Source: a virus (Duplodnaviria > Caudoviricetes). Taken from it: 64,000 bases of DNA. The notes beneath the pieces are model-generated. The model did not search any database. It saw only the letters and a list, made by a program, of their open reading frames with translations, and was not told where the DNA came from. The translations under genes and the position numbers were made by a program. Location of the stretch: positions 10,418 through 74,417 of IMG/VR virus record IMGVR_UViG_3300033073_001572. One strand, 5' to 3'. Positions 1 to 6,537 of the stretch are shown here, in pieces (the stretch's first letter is position 1; every line of letters begins with the position of its first letter).

Positions 1-2802
1 GATTTCAACATTGACATTGACTTGATTATTAGATACACTTGACGACTTTGTTGTAACATTGACCATGGTCGGCCTAAGAATTCTCACAGACTTTTTCTTG
101 CTGCTGTCTGCAGCATCAACGAATGTGTAGGGTTCAAATCTAGGCTTTAAGAAGATTTGACCATTAAAGCTTGACCATCGCTGTGTCCACTCAGCTTTGT
201 CGCTCCATGATTGTGGTGTAATAACGTTGAGCAGGGGATTCACAAATCCATTAACAAGCGTTGAATCTAACAAATCTGCTATTCCAACTTTTGCAAGACC
301 TGGCCAGCCCGTTTGAAGACTTGAAATTGTTAAAAGTTCTGCAGGTGATGCAATCAGCGCAAATATTGGTAACATTGACCAGGACCAAAGTGAATTTTCA
401 CCTCCCCATATCTTTGTAAGATCAGTATTTTCTGTTATCGCACCGGCCTCAGGATTTCCAACACCAAACAAGCGTGCAATATTAAATCTTGAATAATTGC
501 TCTTTATCACATCACCAATTCTAAGACGAATGACGGGTGTTCCGCCCATGACCTGACTAAATGGTTGCTCGAATGTAAAGTTTTTAGATGTACCAAGAAT
601 CTGATTAAACCTTGCCTTCTTGTCCTGGACAAGATTGCCAGAAGTATACTGGGGATAGACAAGTGTCACAATCTTGTTGATTTTTGCCCACATTTCATCG
701 AAATCTTCAGGTGAGGTTGAAACGACCCAGAAGGAGAACCCAATCGAACGTTTTGTTCCTCCGTATGTCTTAACGGTATCTGCTCTCCCGTGCGTCGCCA
801 TTCCTCCATACGAAGCTGCATAGCTATCTGTCAGCGTGTCTAGAAACGCGTGTAGACCGACGACCTCATTCGTTCTAAGATCGTGGAAGTAAAATGGAAC
901 ATACTCTGCGTCGAGTCTGTTCTCTAGGTTATTAACTACCTCAATTGGAATACGGCCGTTGACGCGTGTAGAAACGTACGTCTTGTCTCTCATTGATCCA
1001 CCAACCATGTGCTTGACTGGGTTGGGACCGTCAAATATGTAATCCATGTCAAGCGTGGCACGTATCAGTGTGGGTGGGAGCAGAAATGCACTTGGGACTG
1101 CGCTATGACGCCACGCAAGTGAAAGTTCACTTCTTATGGTTTGTTCCCTACTCTTCATGACCCTGTTACCAGGAAGTGAGGCAAATGAATCAATATCGAA
1201 CGCTGTTGACAATTTGCCATCTACATTGGTATTATCAATGCCTGCATCGGGTTCTTCAAGATGCGCTGCAAGATATGTGTATCCAATTTCTGCAAAGACA
1301 TTTGCAACTCTTAACGCCTTATTGCCCATCAGGTTGACGATCGAATCTGCAGCATCATCAAAATCCTGGGAAGTCATTGAATTTTCAAACATCGACATTG
1401 AACGTATGACAGACCTAGCAATCGCATTCCAGAAGCCGTGTGACTCAAGCACAAGTGGCATCTTTGCTGTCTCTTCGATTGAGCTAGCGCTGATGTTATC
1501 AACATCAATTCCAAAGTAAAGTAGAACTCCTGCGCGGACGCACTGATCAAAGTCAAAGCGTCCTGTGTTGACTAGGATGATTTTCGATATTGCTTTAAAT
1601 GATGACTCGACATTTCGTTGTGGGGATTTACCCATGTAGAAGGGGCCGAGACCTGCATCAGCTTCTTCAGAAGATATTGTATGTGACTGAAGTGTCCCTT
1701 TGATTAGCCTTGAGAGTGATGTTATAGCAATCGCAGCTTGATATGCGCTAAACTTACGAAGTGCGCCTGTTCCAAGCGTTGTGTGCGTAAAAGTTACATC
1801 AGGCGTGTATGCAGTCGTGTTAGAAACGCTATATTTTGCATCTGATCCATCACGTGTGACTGCCTCTCCTCGACCGCCCAGAAGACTATTGCCCCCTTCA
1901 ACGGGTGCTCCATAAGATTCAGCAGGTCTGACCTGGTCGGGAAATAGTGAATTAATGATCGTTGGATATTTTTGAAAGTCTGTTGGCGACATTCTACGCA
2001 TAAAAGTCGCTGGATCGGGCGAATCTGTCGCTGAGGTTGTTGGATCCCAACCCGCTGCCTTGAGTAACATGCTATGAGCAATCTCATGTAGATTGTCACT
2101 CTTTACGTGCCTTGCAGTGTTGCTTGAACCCGGTGTGTATGCGCCCTTTTCAACTTGGAATGATAGACGAATTCTTTCATCGACATTCGATGAGATTGTT
2201 GGTGTATCAGCAAGATTTGAGTCGATAAAAGTTCCGTCGATTGATCCGTTCGTGTCAGCATAGCGATTATACTTCTTGAGCATCTTGAACGCACCTGTCA
2301 CAGCGGGTGATTGTCCAAGAATTGTGTCTGTATTTTCTTGCGCTGCCTTGACATCCTTGATGATCTTATCACCTGATGTTGTCGGATTTCTTCCCACCTT
2401 GTCGACAACGGAATTGACATCTGTGCCTGATGATTCGAAGTATTGTGTCGTAGGTGGGTATTCATTGCTTTTAACGAAGACCTTGCGAGCACCCTGGTCC
2501 TCGGCGCGAGTTAGATTCTGTCCTCGTCTTGATGATGATGCCTCAGATGTCGGACCCGAAGCATCAATTGAATACTCATTTCTTGATTCTTGAGTGATGT
2601 ATGCTGTATATCCTGGCACAAGCCCACCAGGTGACCCAAATCCTACGAGCTCTTTTCCAGTGTTTGGGTCAATTCCGAGGTCATCGCCCGGATCCAGGGC
2701 ACTAGTGTCTCCGCCCCGGGGGTCATCAACATAAGAAATCTGACCTACAGGAACGCCTACGACTCGATTAAGATAGTCTTTAAGTGTCTGTCTTGTGCTC
2801 AT
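1..2802 (-). CDS. Large structural protein (>934 aa, truncated at window edge) with a tail-tube-initiator/baseplate-hub-like domain
   Basis: Absent from the ORF track because it has no stop in the window. Manual translation: ATG at 2802 (MSTRQTLKDYLNRVVGVP...), read open down to about position 420 and again open over positions 1-120 (...TTKSSSVSNNQVNVNVEI). Contains EYVPFYFHDLRTNEVVGLHAFLDTLTDSY..GRADTVKTYGGTKRSIGFSFWVV..FDEMWAKINKIVTLVYPQY, resembling tube-fold initiator proteins. Lies downstream of the tape measure gene. Confidence 0.75.
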   Translation of the reverse strand, partial: MSTRQTLKDYLNRVVGVPVGQISYVDDPRGGDTSALDPGDDLGIDPNTGKELVGFGSPGGLVPGYTAYITQESRNEYSIDASGPTSEASSSRRGQNLTRAEDQGARKVFVKSNEYPPTTQYFESSGTDVNSVVDKVGRNPTTSGDKIIKDVKAAQENTDTILGQSPAVTGAFKMLKKYNRYADTNGSIDGTFIDSNLADTPTISSNVDERIRLSFQVEKGAYTPGSSNTARHVKSDNLHEIAHSMLLKAAGWDPTTSATDSPDPATFMRRMSPTDFQKYPTIINSLFPDQVRPAESYGAPVEGGNSLLGGRGEAVTRDGSDAKYSVSNTTAYTPDVTFTHTTLGTGALRKFSAYQAAIAITSLSRLIKGTLQSHTISSEEADAGLGPFYMGKSPQRNVESSFKAISKIILVNTGRFDFDQCVRAGVLLYFGIDVDNISASSIEETAKMPLVLESHGFWNAIARSVIRSMSMFENSMTSQDFDDAADSIVNLMGNKALRVANVFAEIGYTYLAAHLEEPDAGIDNTNVDGKLSTAFDIDSFASLPGNRVMKSREQTIRSELSLAWRHSAVPSAFLLPPTLIRATLDMDYIFDGPNPVKHMVGGSMRDKTYVSTRVNGRIPIEVVNNLENRLDAEYVPFYFHDLRTNEVVGLHAFLDTLTDSYAASYGGMATHGRADTVKTYGGTKRSIGFSFWVVSTSPEDFDEMWAKINKIVTLVYPQYTSGNLVQDKKARFNQILGTSKNFTFEQPFSQVMGGTPVIRLRIGDVIKSNYSRFNIARLFGVGNPEAGAITENTDLTKIWGGENSLWSWSMLPIFALIASPAELLTISSLQTGWPGLAKVGIADLLDSTLVNGFVNPLLNVITPQSWSDKAEWTQRWSSFNGQIFLKPRFEPYTFVDAADSSKKKSVRILRPTMVNVTTKSSSVSNNQVNVNVEI

Positions 2803-2974
2803 TGGAAGGCCCCTGTATATTAGGTATCTCTCCGATTCGGATGAGAAGTTGCTTAGAAGCCTCTTCGTCTAACAAAACAGATCGATAGAGATCTGTGCTT
2901 CTTGTGACGATTCCATCCATAAATGATTTGAATCTTTCAATCTCGGTGAACAAATCTTTTGTTTCATCTTCCAT
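2780..2974 (-). CDS. Small hypothetical protein (64 aa, MEDETKDL...)
   Basis: The ORF track starts at TTG 2992. ATG at 2974 with AAAGGT upstream is the more likely start. It fills the gap between the tape measure gene and the next gene. Confidence 0.6.
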   Translation of the reverse strand: MEDETKDLFTEIERFKSFMDGIVTRSTDLYRSVLLDEEASKQLLIRIGEIPNIQGPSNEHKTDT

Positions 2975-2984
2975 TTTTATACCT

Positions 2985-4835
2985 TTACACAACAGCTAAC
3001 TTCAAAGTTGTCGCGATGCCGGTTTTATCTGGGGTTGCAGTGATGCCACCGTCAGTGGCTTCAATGATTCTTGCGTCTATTAATTTATTAAGTGACGAAG
3101 TGTCAAGATCAAACTTGACCCTTACAGTTGCATCATCTGCCGCAGCAAGCGTAATAGTCTGTGGCACTGTTGTCGATGCTGTGGGCCCTGCCGTTCCTGT
3201 TGTTCCCGGTGCCGTGACGGGTGGTGTGACAGTAGGAACAGGTGGTGCCACGGGTTCGACCGCGGGCGGAGTGGGTGTTGCAGCTGCAGGAGGTGACGCT
3301 GTTGCTGTTGGTGTCCCGCCAGCGGGTGCAGGTGGTGTTGCGGGTTTAGGTGATAATTTTTCTGCTGCTGCCTCAGCCTTCTTAGTTGTTTCATCGATTG
3401 CAGCTTGGACCCGTTCAAAAGTTGCTATTCCACCTTCAAAGGCAGCTACAATTGATTTATTTGCAGTGACACCTGCGTCGGCCATTGCGGGAAGATTTGT
3501 TGATGTTATAGACGCAAGATTGATTCCAAAATCTCTATAAGATTTTGCAAGTTCCTGGCTTGCTCCTGCAAGTTGTGCTGTTGCTTTCTGGGCTTCGGCA
3601 ATACCTTCAGGTGTGAGTGCAGCAAGTGCTTTAACAGCGACTTCTCCCATGTCCTGGAGCGCCTTTTTTAGCTCGCCTGCTTGGAATTGAGAGTTATTTG
3701 ACTGTTCTTCAATTGCAGCAGCACTAAATTCAGTAAAATCCATCATAGGATTCAAGAACGACTCAAGCTGGCGAACACCGATTCCCAGTGAGCTAGCGAG
3801 AGCTTTCTGCTCCTGGAAGGATAGGTTTTCAATAGCGACACCTTGATCTAGCAGCGACTGTCTCATCTGCTTGAGAAATTCATCCTTGTCCTCGTTGGCA
3901 AGATAGAACATCTCAGTAGTGTCTAGTGTGGCCCCAGTGATGGCATTTAGATTTGAAATTGCCTGTGTTGCAGACTCAAATGATGAAAACTTATCAGCTA
4001 ATTTTGTCACATCATCAATGTCAAGACCTAATTGATGAATAGTCGCAGACAGAGCAGCAAGTTTGTCAGGTGTCAAATTGCCAAAATTATTTACATCGAC
4101 GAGCATGCGATTCATATCTGCAGAAATTGCTTTAGATGAGAGGCCCGTGACTTTTTCAGCAGCCAAAATTGTCGATTCGTACTTGCGCATTGCATCGCCT
4201 GTTATCGAACCTGTTTTTGAAAACTCCTCTTGCATCATAGCACGAATGGCTTCTGTTGAAAGACCTAAACCTTTTGCTGCTAAGTCTACATCATGTTGGA
4301 GAGCTGCTGAGTCTTCTTTGGCGAGTGCTTTAATGCCTGCTGATTGGAGACGTGACTCATCCAACACAGTTTTATAAAATTCAGCGCCTAATTGGGCAGC
4401 ATTTTTATAAAATGTTGTTAGTGGAACATTTTTTTCTGCTATTACCTTGCCAGCATCGTCATAAGCTCTGATTACGGCCTGATTGCTTTGGTCTAAAAGA
4501 TACTGACGACTTCTCTCGGCAGATTCCATGATCTCTTTTGACTGAACTTGATAGTTCTGGACCATACCGATACCAGCACCGGTTATCTTACTCGCAAGAA
4601 TGCCAGGTTGTTGCGATGCTTCTATAAAGGGTGCAACAAACTGTTCGTAGAGTGGTCCGCTATATGCCTTACTAGCTACTGTCAGTGCTAGAAGTGCAGG
4701 GCCCATCTCTGTAAGATGCATTTTTGCACTTTCATATCCACTGTTAATTCCATCGACGACACCTTCAAGCAACTTTGTCTGGTTGATATCGGCATCGGTA
4801 GGTGTAGCCACGGGAGTTGTGGTCGGGTCAGCCAT
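2985..4835 (-). CDS. Tape measure protein (probable)
   Basis: 616 aa, Ala/Leu/Gln/Ser-rich and apparently helical (LAAKGLGLSTEAIRAMM, ALASSLGIGVRQL), in the canonical position after tube and chaperone. Pro/Thr/Ala-rich C-terminal linker. SD AGGA upstream. Confidence 0.7.
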   Translation of the reverse strand: MADPTTTPVATPTDADINQTKLLEGVVDGINSGYESAKMHLTEMGPALLALTVASKAYSGPLYEQFVAPFIEASQQPGILASKITGAGIGMVQNYQVQSKEIMESAERSRQYLLDQSNQAVIRAYDDAGKVIAEKNVPLTTFYKNAAQLGAEFYKTVLDESRLQSAGIKALAKEDSAALQHDVDLAAKGLGLSTEAIRAMMQEEFSKTGSITGDAMRKYESTILAAEKVTGLSSKAISADMNRMLVDVNNFGNLTPDKLAALSATIHQLGLDIDDVTKLADKFSSFESATQAISNLNAITGATLDTTEMFYLANEDKDEFLKQMRQSLLDQGVAIENLSFQEQKALASSLGIGVRQLESFLNPMMDFTEFSAAAIEEQSNNSQFQAGELKKALQDMGEVAVKALAALTPEGIAEAQKATAQLAGASQELAKSYRDFGINLASITSTNLPAMADAGVTANKSIVAAFEGGIATFERVQAAIDETTKKAEAAAEKLSPKPATPPAPAGGTPTATASPPAAATPTPPAVEPVAPPVPTVTPPVTAPGTTGTAGPTASTTVPQTITLAAADDATVRVKFDLDTSSLNKLIDARIIEATDGGITATPDKTGIATTLKLAVV

Positions 4836-4859
4836 GTGTTCCTATTCGTTGATTAGACA

Positions 4860-5094
4860 TCAATACTTATTCATCTTTCCGAGAACCTCAGAAATCGGTG
4901 TGTCATCATCAACATCAATTCCACCCTGTTGTTGGGTCGTCTTTTCATGTGCCTTGTTGATACGATTTACGAACCATGTCCTGTATCTTACAGGCATTGA
5001 ACGTAATTCTCCGTATCCCACACGCAAATATTGCATGAGACCGTAGAATTGCTCTAATTGGACTTCTCGGAAGCTTTGATCAAGGCCAAAAAAA
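4860..5094 (-). CDS. Tail chaperone C-terminal extension frame (lambda gpT-like / T4 gp51-like)
   Basis: Open frame GLDQSFREVQLEQFYGLMQYLRVGYGELRSMPVRYRTWFVNRI...KY overlaps the end of the chaperone. It is entered by a +1/-2 shift at the T7 run (5088-5094), or else by an internal ATG (MQYL...). Confidence 0.6.
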
Positions 5095-5919
5095 TGTTGG
5101 TCCGAGGGAAAGAGACACCGAAGACTCGGCACCACAGTAAACACAGTGTAGCCGGCCATTCATATCTATGCCTGGCTCATTCTCATTCATATAATTACGA
5201 AGAGCTCGTGAGTCACCGGCGGGCATTGAGCTAATAAATGCATTGAGCTTGTTTCGATCTGTTACACCGTCAATTGACAGAATAGAAATCTCAAGACGGC
5301 TTGTGACCAAATTTTCAACCTGCATGTCAGGCATTGCTCTTTTCCGTCTCTCAAGCATGATTGTGTGCTCTTCCTGATCTTTTCCTGTTAGGAACTTAAA
5401 GATCACTCTCTTTTTTGAGACGGGTAGGACATACTCAAATTGATTCGATCCAGGTGTGACAGGATCAACCCTTAGCGGCTTAATCTCTAGTTCAGATAGA
5501 TCGAATGATGCTGGTTGTGTCTTACTGCAGGCCGTGCACGTCGCCTCAGCCCGATATTCTGGTCCGTATCCTGTGATCCTAATGGCAACAAGAATAGCAT
5601 TTCTATCACCTGCAATTAAGTCTCTCGTGTTAATTGATTTATCAAGAATGCATGAATTTAGAAGATGTGTAATTGTCGATCCGTCCTTAATCAAGGCTCT
5701 TGACATTAGAATGTCTTCTTCGTGTGCAGTCATTGCCTTAATTTGAACAGAGGTGCGATTATGCAAAGACGAGCCCTGTGGGTATATTTTCCCTGCAGAA
5801 GGGAGTGGAATAGATTCAACTGGAACTGTCCAGCCAAAATCGTCCTGAAGGGGGTTCGAACGAGGTATCTGGTTGAAACCATCAGGCATTTGTGGGGCTA
5901 TGTCACTCTTTTTGGGCAT
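5080..5919 (-). CDS. Tail/baseplate assembly chaperone, T4 gp26-like
   Basis: 279 aa with LPSAGKIYP, IKAMTAHEEDIL, GDRNAILVAIRITGYG, two CxxC motifs (CTAC, CVYC) and a terminal FFWP. Lies between tube and tape measure. SD AGGAG. Confidence 0.8.
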   Translation of the reverse strand: MPKKSDIAPQMPDGFNQIPRSNPLQDDFGWTVPVESIPLPSAGKIYPQGSSLHNRTSVQIKAMTAHEEDILMSRALIKDGSTITHLLNSCILDKSINTRDLIAGDRNAILVAIRITGYGPEYRAEATCTACSKTQPASFDLSELEIKPLRVDPVTPGSNQFEYVLPVSKKRVIFKFLTGKDQEEHTIMLERRKRAMPDMQVENLVTSRLEISILSIDGVTDRNKLNAFISSMPAGDSRALRNYMNENEPGIDMNGRLHCVYCGAESSVSLSLGPTFFWP

Positions 5920-5936
5920 AATTGTCTCCTGACCAA

Positions 5937-5964
5937 ATTTTAAAATATGAAGACAACATGTAAA
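5937..5964 (-). promoter_or_regulatory. Sigma70-type promoter for the chaperone gene
   Basis: Minus strand TTTACA(5964-5959)-N16-TAAAAT(5942-5937), directly upstream of the SD and ATG at 5919. Confidence 0.5.
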
Positions 5965-5995
5965 AACACAGTCAGAAAAGAATCTGACTGTGTTT
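5962..5995 (-). terminator. Intrinsic terminator after the tail tube gene
   Basis: Perfect 13-bp inverted repeat AAACACAGTCAGA/TCTGACTGTGTTT with a 6-nt loop. The 3' arm runs into TTTTT on the minus strand. Confidence 0.85.
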
Positions 5996-6017
5996 CATTA
6001 AGCGCTTGTTAAAAAGA

Positions 6018-6506
6018 TCAGAATTGCAGAACGCAATTATCGAAGCGAAGAGTCATGCTGATAGTGACAACATCGTCACCGTCGTAAGAAACGTCACCGA
6101 ACTTAGCGCTCTCAAGGAAGGCACCCTTGATGTCCCAAAGTTCAACAACAGTTCCAATTGGATCAAGCATCTTAAGTTGGATGTCGCGCTTATAGAAGTC
6201 TGCATAGCCAGATCGTCCTGACACAGATTCGTGATGTGTGCGAATCCACTCCATCACCTGCTGTGCACCTGAGGGCGCGATTGGATCGTGAAGATCGACG
6301 CTAAGTGTATCAAATGTAAGCTTTCCTGAGATATACCGTGTTGTATTGATCCAGGGAATAGGCTTGCTTGGCATTGAAAAGCCGGGTCGACCTGCTTTCT
6401 TGATGAGGAATGCGTCGACGCCCTCGATCGCAAAGACCCAACGGTGCTTGCGCTTAGGCTCGAACTTGTTTGGAAGCATGTCGGTGACTGAAAGTGTCTC
6501 GGCCAT
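6018..6506 (-). CDS. Tail tube protein, T4 gp19-like
   Basis: 162 aa: FEPKRKHRW, RYISGKLTFDTLSVDLHDPI, DIQLKMLDPIGTVVELWDIKGAFLESAKFGDVSY, ISMTLRFD. Follows the sheath genes. Confidence 0.92.
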   Translation of the reverse strand: MAETLSVTDMLPNKFEPKRKHRWVFAIEGVDAFLIKKAGRPGFSMPSKPIPWINTTRYISGKLTFDTLSVDLHDPIAPSGAQQVMEWIRTHHESVSGRSGYADFYKRDIQLKMLDPIGTVVELWDIKGAFLESAKFGDVSYDGDDVVTISMTLRFDNCVLQF

Positions 6507-6528
6507 ATTATTCTCCGTTTCTTAAAAC

Positions 6529-6536
6529 TAACTATC
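6529..6536 (-). promoter_or_regulatory. Putative late promoter (GATAGTTA)
   Basis: Matches the DATANTTA motif that recurs in short intergenic gaps upstream of structural genes. Confidence 0.6.
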
Positions 6537-6537
6537 T

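Noticed and set aside
1374-2492. Short minus-strand ORFs in the track (1374..1556, 1794..2099, 2103..2294, 2298..2492)
   Set aside because: These are out-of-frame shadows inside the long ORF that starts at 2802.
2959-3540. 193-aa plus-strand ORF and similar antisense ORFs (1136..1519, 7568..8080, 18347..18775, 19152..19610, 20640..21083, 21102..21692, 46580..47038)
   Set aside because: They lie antisense to well-supported genes and arise from biased or low-complexity codons. They have no SD, promoter or protein-like motif.
4860-5159. 99-aa ORF exactly as given in the track (ATG 5159)
   Set aside because: Its first 24 codons overlap the conserved chaperone C-terminus and no SD was seen. Only the part after the T7 run looks like real protein.
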